DNA of 64,000 nt from Octopus vulgaris (lineage: Eukaryota). Positions 1-11,352 of this stretch are shown in pieces; position 1 is the stretch's first letter; each line of letters starts with the position of its first letter. Made by a program: the position numbers and the translations under genes. The stretch is taken from contig OX597816.1 of the NCBI GenBank assembly GCA_951406725.2, positions 8,060,001 through 8,124,000 of the forward strand, given 5' to 3'. Below the pieces are notes generated by a model. It saw only the letters and a list, made by a program, of their open reading frames with translations. It was not told the origin of the DNA and ran no database searches.

Positions 1-218
1 TGAGGTCTTTGAAAGTCTGATAGATCTGTCATTTTAATGGATTTTAATTACCTTTTTCTGAGGATATCTGAAAAGAAACAGCAATTTTAGCAAAACATAT
101 TAAGCAACACTAATAATAAATCAAAAAACAAAAATTAACAGACTTTTGACAGTTTTATAGATATTTCAAAATTATGATGCTATGATGCTTGGTGTTTCCA
201 TTATTTTCTTCAACCTGT
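1..218. mobile_element. Terminus of a Tc1-like DNA transposon (TIR-like end at ~190-218)
   Basis: Reverse complement ACACAGGTTGAAGAAAATAATGGAAACACC resembles Tc1-type TIRs and abuts a TG/TA microsatellite. Confidence 0.4.
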
Positions 219-239
219 GTGTATGTGTGTGTATGTATG

Positions 240-325
<86 letters not shown>
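217..325. repeat. (TG)/(TA)n microsatellite
   Basis: Direct observation. Confidence 0.95.
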
Positions 326-326
<1 letters not shown>

Positions 327-510
327 CTTTACTAGAATGTTCCTCGTGCCATTCAGTAACAACTTTAGCTGTGTGAATTGGTGCATTATGATCCTGAAAG
401 ATGGTATTTCCCTCCGGAAGTAGTTCTGCAACCAGAGGATGAATTTGATGAGATAAAATGCTTAAATAGTCTTGACTATTAATTCTACCATGAAGGGAAA
501 CCATTGGGCC
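326..510 (-). pseudogene. Tc1-family transposase DDE-domain fragment
   Basis: Translation GRINSQDYLSIL...IFQDHNAPIHTAKVVTEW matches the Tc1 FQQDNAPxH motif; truncated on both sides. Confidence 0.8.
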
Positions 511-523
511 GGCGGTTTCCAAG

Positions 524-1960
524 ATATAGACACCCTGTTAAAACAACTCCTCAAACATGTCAAAAGCTATACAAGGGACGACTTGGATATGCTCAATCAC
601 CTACCGAATACTATAAACAAAAACACCACACTGGTATCCTTCGATGTTGTCAACCTCTACTCCAATATCCCCCAAAACCTAGGACTAGAGGCAATCCAAT
701 TCTGGCTAGAGAATCACGCCAACGAACTACCACATCGCATCAAAAAAGAATTCGTGATAGAAGGGGTTAAATTCATCCTGGAAAATAACTTCTTCGCCTT
801 CAAAGACAACTTCTACCGACAAAAATCGGGGACTGCGATGGGTACACGAATGGCCCCCTCCTTTGCCAACCTAGTCATAGGATATCTAGAGATCAGTCTG
901 TATCGTAAGGTTCTAGAAAGATATGGCAGCCCTTTCTCCATCTACATAGAAAACAACTGGAAGAGATATCTAGATGACTGTTTCATTCTTTGGCATAAAA
1001 ATATAGAAAAACTCATAGAATTCCAAGAAATTTTAAACGGACTGGACGTAAACATCCAATTCACGATGGAATATAGCCAGCAACAACTCCCCTTCCTCGA
1101 TATCCTCATTAAGAAAGCTAATAATGTAATAGAAACAGACATATATTATAAGCCTACAGATTCTAAGCAATATCTTCCATTCAATTCATGCCACCCCAGA
1201 CACACCAGGATGAATATCCCCTTCAATCTAGCAAAAAGGATATGCACTATAGTTTCTAATGCAAACACCAGAGACACACGACTACAAGAACTAAAAGATA
1301 CCCTTTCACCAGGAACTACCCACCTTCACTTATTGACATGTGCATTCAACGTGCCCTTCAACTTAACATCAAGGAACTGAGACATCCCAAATCAAAGAAA
1401 AACTTACGACCAAAAGCCTTACCATACATCTCCACACACAACCCTCTCAATAATGAAGCATTCGGCACCATCCTCCACAACATGCCCCTCCTAAAAAAAG
1501 ACCACAGAATGAACACAATCCTCCAAACACACACGATCATAAAAAGCAAGAGACAGCCTAAATCTATGAAAAGTCTCCTAACACAAGCCCGAATACACTC
1601 TTCAACACAAGCCGACAGTAAAAAAATATGGAACACCCAATTGCGGGATATGCGATTATCTAATTGAGGGATCAGAGTTCTCCTTCAAACAGGGACAACG
1701 GTTTACAGTGAAAAGCAACTTCACATGTGCTTCGGAGAACCTAATATACTCACTAACCTGCTCCGGGTGTCAAGAGCAGTACATAGGCCAAACAAAAAAT
1801 AGTTTGCGTAAAAGAATGGCCCTGCACAGATCCCAGATAAAATTCCCCAAAACAGAAAAATAGCTTTCAGCCAACACATAGATACTTGCGCCAACAACAA
1901 AACACCAGGCTTCAGGATTTTCCCCCTCTACCAATTTAACGGGTCTACGACAAACGATTA
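524..1960 (+). pseudogene. Penelope RT/GIY-YIG coding region, frameshifted
   Basis: ORFs 472-1380 and 1338-1667 plus downstream GIY-YIG frame. Confidence 0.85.
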
Positions 1961-2112
1961 ATATACCTCAACTTTAGAATAAAAGAAATACACACACAAA
2001 TATTACATTCCAAAGAATCCATTACAAATCAGCCCCAATCACAGCTATAATCCATAACGTGCCAACTTCAAGTCATACAACACCTCACTACTTTCACCCA
2101 TTCATATTCTCC

Positions 2113-2386
2113 CTTCTTCTTCTTCTTCTTCTTCTTCTTCTTCTTCTTCTTCTTCTTCTTCTTCTTCTTCTTCTTCTTCTTCTTCTTCTTCTTCTTCTTC
2201 TTCTTCTTCTTCTTCTTCTCCTCCTCCTCCTCCTTCTTCTTCTTCTTCTTCTTCCTCCTCCTCCTCCTCCTCCTCTTCCTCTTCCTCTTCTTTTCTTCTT
2301 CTTCTTCTTCTTCTCTTCTTCTTCTTCTTCTTCTTCTTCTTCTTCTTCTTCTTCTTCTTCTTCTTCTTCTTCTTCTTCTTCTTCTC
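2113..2386. repeat. (CTT)n/(CCT)n polypyrimidine microsatellite
   Basis: Direct observation. Confidence 0.95.
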
Positions 2387-2730
2387 CACCTTCTACCTCT
2401 TAACTTTATCACTAATGCTTTTTAGTATAACACCTACGCAAATTCCATAAACAAACCTTTCGATAGAAATATTCTCCTGAATTGAACTGCAACTGCTAGC
2501 CGCCACTGACCATTCAAAATACGACCATCAAGGCACTCCCAAATTTTTCCACCCCCTCTCCTCATCAACCTTCTTCTTCTACCCTACCAAGAATTCACAA
2601 CGGCCTCGAACACACAAGTGCAAACAAGGGAGACAGAGAAAGGCAGAATGCCACTTATATTTGAACACTATACAAATATTCCTTTAAAAAAACTTTTCTT
2701 TTAATTTTTCTAAATTTAATTATTTAATCG

Positions 2731-2775
2731 TTACAGTTGAAAAGGTCTCAAAATGACCGAAACCGGTACTGAAAT
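2731..2775 (+). ncRNA. Minimal type I hammerhead ribozyme motif, U3-A8 core variant
   Basis: CAG TTGAAAA GGTC-TCAAAAT-GACC GAAA CCGG TA CTG: short stem I, 4-bp stem II, palindromic stem III, GUA cleavage triplet; sits in a Penelope 3' end. Confidence 0.65.
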
Positions 2776-2822
2776 GTTCTTTATAAAATTATTTTAGCAT
2801 TTTCTATTTTGACTTGTTGTTT

Positions 2823-3072
<250 letters not shown>

Positions 3073-3075
<3 letters not shown>

Positions 3076-3204
3076 GGAATTTACAGAAAAACAAAAGACG
3101 AAGACAGGTGTATGAACAACAAGCAGGTGTATTAGTTTGACGCTCGGGAAGGTGAGAAAGTATTTTATGTTTCGAGCCTACGCTCTTCAACAGAAAGGGA
3201 ACAC
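3073..3204 (-). mobile_element. Short non-autonomous Penelope-derived (retrozyme-like) element with hammerhead-like motif
   Basis: Minus strand CTGTTGA A GAGC-GTAG-GCTC GAAACAT; homologous to 18090-18248 and 53530-53708; ends at (TA)n. Confidence 0.65.
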
Positions 3205-3615
3205 GGTGGAAGACATATTAGCCATTCCACAAAAGCACCCCCACCTGGTTGCTTTACTTAAATATTCATTATTTGATGATCCAAATTGTCGGCAAACCAA
3301 ATGCGACGTGGTCACTAACATAATTTCACAGTAACATCAAAATCAAATTACAAATGTTTTAGTGAAGTAAAGAGTTTTTCTATGTTTTTTGGAATGTCTG
3401 ATAGGCGTCTTGCACGTCGTAATCATATTAGTTCCAACACCCAGTATCAGACCACATCAATTGCTTGACAAGTTAGAATATCTCCGAAATCACGTCCACT
3501 GCTTATGGCTACCTGACGCCATGGCATTTACACAACTGACATTGGATCTACCTCAGGAATTCCTCAGTATTACTTCGGTGTATAACAAATGATAGAAACG
3601 GAAACTGGATTATCC

Positions 3616-3861
3616 GAGAAACTTTATTGCTCACAACGATCGCTTCGACCCATCATGCATCGATCCCTTGCTTATGGGACACTGTGCAACTATTTGCAGT
3701 GCATTCCTCGCTGAAGGAGCTTCTCAAACTGGTTGTGGAGCATCTCTCGGTGCAGAAGCTTCTGTACCGAGAGATGCACCACAACCAGTTGCACACTATC
3801 CCACCCGCGAGGATCGATGCATGATGGGTCGAAACGGTTGTTGTGTGCAATAAAGTTTCTC
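3616..3861. repeat. Nested foldback inverted repeat
   Basis: 3616-3666 is the near-perfect reverse complement of 3811-3861; inner palindrome ~3728-3791 centred on AAGCTT. Confidence 0.85.
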
Positions 3862-3923
3862 ATGTAATCCCTTTTCCATTTCTGTTATTTGTTTTATACA
3901 AACACACACACACACACATATAT

Positions 3924-3979
3924 GTCTATCTGTCTATCTATCTGTCTGTCTATCTATCCGTCCGTCCGTCCGTCTGTCC

Positions 3980-4062
<83 letters not shown>
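3924..4062. repeat. (CTAT)n microsatellite with CCGT/CTGT units, 5' flank of the LINE
   Basis: Direct observation. Confidence 0.9.
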
Positions 4063-4385
4063 GACGGATGTGATGTCGTCTCAGCTCCGAAGGTAATCAT
4101 TTATTTTGACTATTTATAGGCCAATTTTTGTGTAGATTTTTGCAAATAAGGTGTGTAAGGCAACCAACTTTCGTTTGAGTGCTTTTCTAAGGGAGGAATT
4201 CGCCCCTAGGGGCAGTTTCGACCCCATTTCATTTCTGTAATTTTATTCTCGACATTAGAAAATGTCTAGAAATTTTATTGTTGAACGCTGGTCGCGTTCT
4301 TTTATGGAACAACATTTTCCTAGTCTGGAAACGACAGAGAAAAAAGAACGTTCGCACGGAAAATGCAAACGTAAAATTCGGTGAG

Positions 4386-6153
4386 ATGAACGCTGCAACC
4401 ACGTGCGTTAACAGCCCTGTCACCACCGCCACCACCACCACTAACAACAGCAACCACGAGACAACAACTGCTACCACCACCACCTCCACCACCACCACCA
4501 CCACCACTACCACGACCAACATAAATGATAAAAATAAAACTGAAACGAAAACTATTGACAAAAACAACAGCAACAACAAGGACAACAATAAAAATGAACT
4601 ATCTAATAGTGAAGATGTTAATACGAAAAAATCAACAACATCAGTAAATTTCGCAGACATTCTTCGCCAAAAGAAGGAAATTGTTACATTCACAAATGAA
4701 GAGCTCATAGAGACAAGAGCTCTCTTTACAACCCGTGGACAAGATTTGGTGCTGCATACACCTCAACATATAAAACAAGAAATTGAAAATAAGACAATTG
4801 TATATAAAATTATTAGAAAAACCAAAAAAACCAAATGAACAGATTACAAAAACTGATGTGGAGAAATGTTTAAAAAACATAATGAAAGAAAAAGAGTATA
4901 TAAACTGGGGTCCCCAGTTTAACACAGTAGTGGTCCGCTTCCCTAACCAGGAAGTGGCAAAAGCTCACTCTACTGAGTCTCTGGGAAATGATGAAATCAT
5001 CATGGTCCCTTATTATAAAAACCAGAGGGTGAGTAGAATTACTATCAGAAATGTACCCCCCGATATGCCGAACAAATGGATAACAGGGGCAATCTGTTAC
5101 CACTTGAAAAAGATCAATATTTTGGAAACAGCCGTGTACCTAAACGACAATTGGGGTGGAAAAACAGTAGTGGTGACCATCCAGATTGAGGGGGCCTCTA
5201 TCGAGAGCCTACCCGACAAGATATACTTGGAGAATGGGCAATGCCTATATGTTATGGCAGAAGGCAAAAAGCCTAGATGCTACAAATGTGGCAGCCCCGA
5301 ACATTTGATTGCCAAGTGCGATCTGGTACAGAAAAAACAAGAAAGAACAAATCAGAAAACAAATAAAATCCCTTTGTTGCCAACACCAACACCAACACAC
5401 TCAATTATGGAACAATGCCAAGAAAAACAACAAACCAGCAAACAAACCCCAACAACATCACCAAGAAAAACAGTACCAACACAATCACCGTTGACTTCAC
5501 AACCAATTAAACCTGTTGAATTAACAAAAAATAGACCCACGCCCACACCCAGGACGACAATTAAAAAGACAGAAAACACTGACGAGAAGACAAATGCTAC
5601 CCCTAACACCACAACAACACAAACACCGCACAAAACATCAACAATTTATACAAGCATACATAGTAATGCAAATGTTTTGCCTCTACCCCATACTGATACG
5701 TCGGAAGACGAAAGTTCGACGGAATGGCAAATAGCCACAGGGGGTAAAAGAAAAAGATCCAAAAAATCCACCAAACAAGGAATTAAAGCAGGGAGATATC
5801 TAACTCAGGACAACATCCCCCTAGACAATCAAAAAAGTAATGAACCCGTAAAACCACACACACAACTAACTGCAATAGACACAGACAATAAAGAATTAAT
5901 GGACTACATCAAATCTAACATGGTCGTCTGTGAAGACGACTTTAAGACAAACAATCATCCGCACACCACACCACCGAAACACATCAGAATTTTACACATA
6001 ACACAAGCACAACACCACATACTGAAAACATCATTTCCGAATGCGGTAGGCGGGTATCAACGATACCTGTCGAAAAAACTATACAAACACCTCATCAAAA
6101 ACGATACAAAAGAAGAAGAAGAAAAAAATGAAACTTTTAAAATGAGTAAGTGA
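4386..6153 (+). CDS. LINE ORF1p (zinc knuckle), with one apparent frameshift in the A7 run at 4824-4830
   Basis: CYKCGSPEHLIAKC knuckle and RITIRNVPP motif; removing one A joins ORF 4278-4838 (from ATG 4386) to 4783-6153; similar to the ORF1 remnant at 62060-62630. Confidence 0.8.
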
Positions 6154-6210
6154 CCTCACTTCTTGCCTCTTGTCTCTTCTAATATAGTGTGTAAAACACA
6201 ATTTTCGTAA

Positions 6211-8892
6211 ATGTCAAGTATGCTTAAATTAGGTTGTGTGAATGCGCGTGGCTTGGCGTCGGCTTGGAAGCAAGGTTACCTTCTAAACGACATCAAGTCA
6301 CTGGACATGGATATAGTAGCTATGACGGGAGCGGTCGTTAACAACCGCTGGTGGTACGCCCTGAAAATGGCAATAAAATCGGAATCAATTAGGTTTAGCA
6401 AGGAATTAGCGATAGAACGAAATAGAGTAGAGGGAGACTTAGTTAAGAAACTAGAAGAGGCACTTACCACTGGCAGCGCAACCAACGTGCTGGTTGCGAG
6501 GATGGCCCTCGACCAACACCTCAACGCCAAGCACGAAGGTTGCGTCGTCAGAGCTAAAATGCGTGCCTTAAGGAACGAAGGGATTGAAGCTGCGCGAGAG
6601 GCCCGGGTAGCGGAGGCGCAGCGTGGCAACAGATCAACCATTCGGTCTCTAATAGATCAACAGGGATGCAGTTTACTCGAACCCGAAAGGATGTGTGAGG
6701 CCTTTCAACAGCACTTTGCTCGACTGTTTGGTGCGAGTGGTGGGTCGGAACGAGGGATGGATTTCAGTGCCTACCTGACCGACCTGCCGCGGCTCTCAGC
6801 AAGAGAAGCGGAGTGTTGTGAACGTCCCATCACAGCCGCTGACGTGTGGGATGCGATGGCGGGCTGCGCGAGGGATAAGTCGCCTGGATTGGATGGTTTA
6901 CCCTACGAGCTGTATTGTCGAATGCCAGACTTGTTTGGCGACCTCTTGGCATCAGTCTACTGCAACTGGCAACAAAACGGGAGAATCCCCGGTTTCGTGA
7001 GCCGAGGTGCAGTGACGTTGCTGAAGAAAGACTCAAACAAGGGGAATTTTATAGATAATTTCAGGCCCATCACTCTGCTCAACGCAGATTTGAAAATTTT
7101 GGCCAAAGTAATAGCCGAGAGGTTGGCGCTTGTCATTGGTAAACTGGTCGACAGGGCGCAAACATGCGCCGTGTCGGGCAGAACCATACATGACAACCTC
7201 CATCTGATGCGCTACATTGTGGACAGGGTAGTTAAGGATCCTGGCATGGGTGGGGCGCTGATAAATTTGGATCAGTCTAAAGCCTTCGATAGGGTCGACC
7301 ATCGGTACTTGGCGGCCGTCCTCAGGGCGGCTGGCTTCGGTCCCGTCTTCCGCGGTTGGATCGCTGCCTTGTATAGCGGCATCCGATCGGTGATTCGGGT
7401 GAACGGTCACCTGTCTAAACCGTTTGACATCACGCGTTCGGTCCGTCAGGGGTGTCCCCTGTCGGCGCTTCTGTATGTATTGACTCTCGAGCCGCTACTG
7501 CGGAAACTGGCGACACTGAGGGGCATCCCACGGGAACTGGGTTGCGGGACGAGCGTGTCGGCATATGCGGACGATGTCACCGTCATAGTGTCGAGCGACA
7601 AACACATCAAGATGATAGGCGAGACACTAAGAAAATACGAAACGGTGACGGGAGCAAAGATTAACCCGGAAAAGTCAGTGGGTTTGCTACTCGGCACCTG
7701 GAGAAGCAAGCCCATGCCGTCCGACTGCGGCTCAGTAGTGGGAGGCTGGACGGACGGACCGGTTAAATTGCTCGGGGTCTGGTTCAGTCCGGACCTCCAA
7801 ATGGATAAGAACTGGGACGAGATCACGAGTAGAGTGGTCGCTCTCAGCCAAACATGGGCCGAGAGAAAGCTGTCTCTAAAAGGCCGGGCGGAGGTGGCGA
7901 ACGCGTACATCGCATCCGTCATCGATTACCGCCTGACCGTCGTACCTTGTCCCGACGCCACCATCACCAAACTGGAACGCATACTCTTCCGCTTCCTGTG
8001 GAAGGGTGGCGTTCCGATGGTGAGGAAGTCCATTTGCTGTCAACATCCGTTGAATGGAGGACTGGGCATGCCGTGGTTGATGATGCGCAGGCATGCGCTG
8101 AGACTGCGACATCTCTGGAAATTCATCGACGACGGTGAACAGGTGTGGGCGCCGTTTGTGAGGCGCGACTTCCCGCAGCTCGTCTCACTGACCGAACTGC
8201 AAACGTGGATCAAAAAGAGACCGAAACTGGGCGATTGGCACCGAGAGTGTCGCCAAGCTCTACAGCAGCTCTGCCGACCGGGGTCAAACTTGTGCAACTT
8301 CCAAACGACTAAAGCGTTCTATAGAGGACTAGTGGAGGGGAGGTCCGACGACACACTCGGGGCAAACTTGGGCGTCGACGAGGAATTCCTAACCCGCCTG
8401 TTCAGAACGACGTTCGGGCCGGGGCCTATGGATAACTTCCACAAATCCCTGGCTTGGCAGTGCTATCGAGACGCACTACCTGTTCGAGAGAAGAGCTACA
8501 GACACGGTTCGAAAACCATCACCGGACCGACCTGCCCGAGATGCGGTCAGAGCGACGAAACCGTTCTGCACGCACTCGTGCAGTGTCCAGATATTTCAGA
8601 GCTGTGGTCCTTCGTCGAACAGCTGTTGTCACGTGTAGGTCAGGCTCGCCTATCGGCCGAGTCTATCTTGAGTATTGTTCCACCACCTTCCTTTAAACGG
8701 GAAGGGAAAACGGTTTTCGTTACGCTGATGGCTATGGCGAAAGAATGTGTGTGGTGGACGCGTTTGAAAGGACTGCAAACAAACACCTTCCTCTCTGGTC
8801 AGTCTCTCGTCAACTTTTTCAAGTGCCACTTGAAAAGGAGGATGAGAATAGAGAGGAAGGCTTTGTCGAACGAATGTTTTAATAAAAAGTGA
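6211..8892 (+). CDS. LINE ORF2p: reverse transcriptase plus C-terminal CCHC, endonuclease nearly absent
   Basis: KSPGLDGLP, FRPITLLNADLKILAK, DQSKAFDRVDH, VRQGCPLS, YADD (7564-7575), TCPRC..ETVLHALVQC; only the first ~38 aa of APE (NARGL..DIVA) remain. Confidence 0.9.
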   Translation: MSSMLKLGCVNARGLASAWKQGYLLNDIKSLDMDIVAMTGAVVNNRWWYALKMAIKSESIRFSKELAIERNRVEGDLVKKLEEALTTGSATNVLVARMALDQHLNAKHEGCVVRAKMRALRNEGIEAAREARVAEAQRGNRSTIRSLIDQQGCSLLEPERMCEAFQQHFARLFGASGGSERGMDFSAYLTDLPRLSAREAECCERPITAADVWDAMAGCARDKSPGLDGLPYELYCRMPDLFGDLLASVYCNWQQNGRIPGFVSRGAVTLLKKDSNKGNFIDNFRPITLLNADLKILAKVIAERLALVIGKLVDRAQTCAVSGRTIHDNLHLMRYIVDRVVKDPGMGGALINLDQSKAFDRVDHRYLAAVLRAAGFGPVFRGWIAALYSGIRSVIRVNGHLSKPFDITRSVRQGCPLSALLYVLTLEPLLRKLATLRGIPRELGCGTSVSAYADDVTVIVSSDKHIKMIGETLRKYETVTGAKINPEKSVGLLLGTWRSKPMPSDCGSVVGGWTDGPVKLLGVWFSPDLQMDKNWDEITSRVVALSQTWAERKLSLKGRAEVANAYIASVIDYRLTVVPCPDATITKLERILFRFLWKGGVPMVRKSICCQHPLNGGLGMPWLMMRRHALRLRHLWKFIDDGEQVWAPFVRRDFPQLVSLTELQTWIKKRPKLGDWHRECRQALQQLCRPGSNLCNFQTTKAFYRGLVEGRSDDTLGANLGVDEEFLTRLFRTTFGPGPMDNFHKSLAWQCYRDALPVREKSYRHGSKTITGPTCPRCGQSDETVLHALVQCPDISELWSFVEQLLSRVGQARLSAESILSIVPPPSFKREGKTVFVTLMAMAKECVWWTRLKGLQTNTFLSGQSLVNFFKCHLKRRMRIERKALSNECFNKK

Positions 8893-9244
8893 GTAAAAGT
8901 GGCAAAAATGGTCAGTATGAAAGACGACACTATTTTAAGCATAAATCTGTAACCAAAAGAGACAACGAGAAGTAAGGCGACTTACTCATGTGTTCTTTTT
9001 CGAATTGCCTGAGGTGACCTTGGTCTTTTTTGTAGGTTTTTCTTTCCAAGGCTACACCTAAACTGTGAACCTTATATATATATATATATATTGCTTTTTT
9101 ATACACCACACAACCCACAGATCCCTATTGATCAAACGGTTTTTTTTTTGCCCCACCCATCCCACCTCGAAAAGAAAAAAATTCTATATTGTATTTCGTC
9201 CATTTTTAATCTGTGTTTAGCCCTGTGTGGCTACAATAAAAATT

Positions 9245-9734
9245 ATCCATCCATCCATCCATCCATCCATCCATCCATCCATCCATCCATCCATCCATCC
9301 ATCCATCCATCCATCCATCCATCCATCCATCCATCCATCCATCCATCCATCCATCCATCCATCCATCCATCCATCCATCCATCCATCCATCCATCCATCC
9401 ATCCATCCATCCATCCATCCATCCATCCATCCATCCATCCATCCATCCATCCATCCATCCATCCATCCATCCATCCATCCATCCATCCATCCATCCATCC
9501 ATCCATCCATCCATCCATCCATCCATCCATCCATCCATCCATCCATCCATCCATCCATCCATCCATCCATCCATCCATCCATCCATCCATCCATCCATCC
9601 ATCCATCCATCCATCCATCCATCCATCCATCCATCCATCCATCCATCCATCCATCCATCCATCCATCCATCCATCCATCCATCCATCCATCCATCCATCC
9701 ATCCATCCATCCATCCATCCATCCATCCATCCAT

Positions 9735-9770
<36 letters not shown>

Positions 9771-11321
9771 CCGTCCATCCATCCATCCGTCCATCCGTCC
9801 GTCCGTCCGTCCATCCGTCCGTCCATCCATCCATCCATCCATCCATCCATCCATCCATCCATCCATCCATCCATCCATCCATCCATCCATCCATCCATCC
9901 ATCCATCCATCCATCCATCCATCCATCCATCCATCCATCCATCCATCCATCCATCCATCCATCCATCCATCCATCCATCCATCCATCCGTCCGTCCGTCC
10001 GTCCGTCCGTCCGTCCGTCCATCCGTCCATCCGTCCGTCCGTCCGTCCGTCCATCCGTCCGTCCATCCGTCCATCCGTCCATCCATCCGTCCGTCCGTCC
10101 GTCCATCCGTCCGTCCGTCCATCCGTCCGTCCGTCCGTCCGTCCATCCGTCCGTCCGTCCGTCCGTCCATCCGTCCGTCCGTCCGTCCGTCCATCCATCC
10201 ATCCATCCATCCGTCCGTCCGTCCATCCGTCCGTCCATCCATCCATCCATCCGTCCGTCCGTCCGTCCGTCCGTCCGTCCATCCGTCCGTCCATCCGTCC
10301 GTCCATCCGTCCGTCCATCCGTCCGTCCGTCCGTCCATCCGTCCGTCCATCCGTCCATCCATCCGTCCGTCCATCCGTCCGTCCGTCCGTCCATCCGTCC
10401 ATCCATCCGTCCGTCCATCCGTCCGTCCGTCCGTCCGTCCGTCCGTCCGTCCGTCCGTCCGTCCGTCCGTCCGTCCGTCCGTCCGTCCGTCCGTCCGTCC
10501 GTCCGTCCGTCCGTCCGTCCGTCCGTCCATCCGTCCATCCGTCCATCCGTCCGTCCGTCCGTCCATCCGTCCATCCGTCCATCCGTCCGTCCGTCCGTCC
10601 ATCCATCCATCCATCCGTCCATCCGTCCGTCCGTCCGTCCATCCGTCCGTCCGTCCGTCCGTCCGTCCGTCCGTCCGTCCGTCCGTCCGTCCGTCCGTCC
10701 GTCCGTCCGTCCGTCCGTCCGTCCGTCCGTCCGTCCGTCCGTCCGTCCGTCCGTCCGTCCGTCCGTCCGTCCGTCCGTCCGTCCGTCCGTCCGTCCGTCC
10801 GTCCGTCCGTCCGTCCGTCCGTCCGTCCGTCCGTCCATCCGTCCGTCCATCCATCCGTCCGTCCGTCCATCCGTCCATCCGTCCGTCCGTCCGTCCGTCC
10901 GTCCGTCCGTCCGTCCGTCCGTCCGTCCGTCCGTCCGTCCATCCGTCCGTCCGTCCGTCCATCCATCCATCCGTCCGTCCGTCCGTCCATCCGTCCGTCC
11001 GTCCGTCCATCCGTCCATCCATCCGTCCGTCCGTCCGTCCGTCCATCCATCCATCCATCCATCCATCCGTCCGTCCGTCCGTCCGTCCATCCGTCCGTCC
11101 GTCCGTCCGTCCGTCCGTCCGTCCGTCCGTCCGTCCGTCCGTCCGTCCGTCCGTCCGTCCGTCCATCCGTCCATCCGTCCGTCCGTCCGTCCGTCCATCC
11201 ATCCATCCGTCCGTCCGTCCGTCCGTCCGTCCGTCCGTCCGTCCATCCATCCGTCCGTCCGTCCGTCCGTCCGTCCGTCCATCCGTCCATCCGTCCATCC
11301 GTCCGTCCGTCCGTCCATCCG

Positions 11322-11352
<31 letters not shown>

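Larger units (their letters stand above)
524..2810 (+). mobile_element. 5'-truncated Penelope-like retroelement (RT, GIY-YIG, 3' UTR/pLTR with hammerhead motif)
   Basis: RT motifs SFDVVNLYSNIP, GTAMGTRMAPSFANL, WKRYLDD, LPFLD, YYKPTD; GIY-YIG segment NLIYSLTCSGCQEQYIGQT..RKRM at ~1738-1830; frameshifts near 1310 and 1620. Confidence 0.9.
4063..9244 (+). mobile_element. Apparently full-length L1/Tx1-type non-LTR retrotransposon with in-frame deletion of the APE endonuclease
   Basis: Putative 5' UTR, ORF1 with CCHC, ORF2 with RT and C-terminal CCHC, 3' UTR with AATAAA at 9235-9240, then a tandem-repeat tail; 5' boundary inferred from the microsatellite edge. Confidence 0.88.

Noticed and set aside
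4063-4070. Element 5' end GACGGATG complementary to the tail unit CATCCGTC
   Set aside because: Only 8 nt and the 5' boundary is uncertain
7748-7759. GGACGGACGGAC inside ORF2 as an internal template for (GTCC)n
   Set aside because: It encodes WTDG in a region conserved at protein level and is not preserved as a repeat in the paralog; probably coincidence
6276-8696. Antisense and alternate-frame ORFs over ORF2
   Set aside because: Shadow ORFs of a GC-richer coding region, with no recognisable motifs
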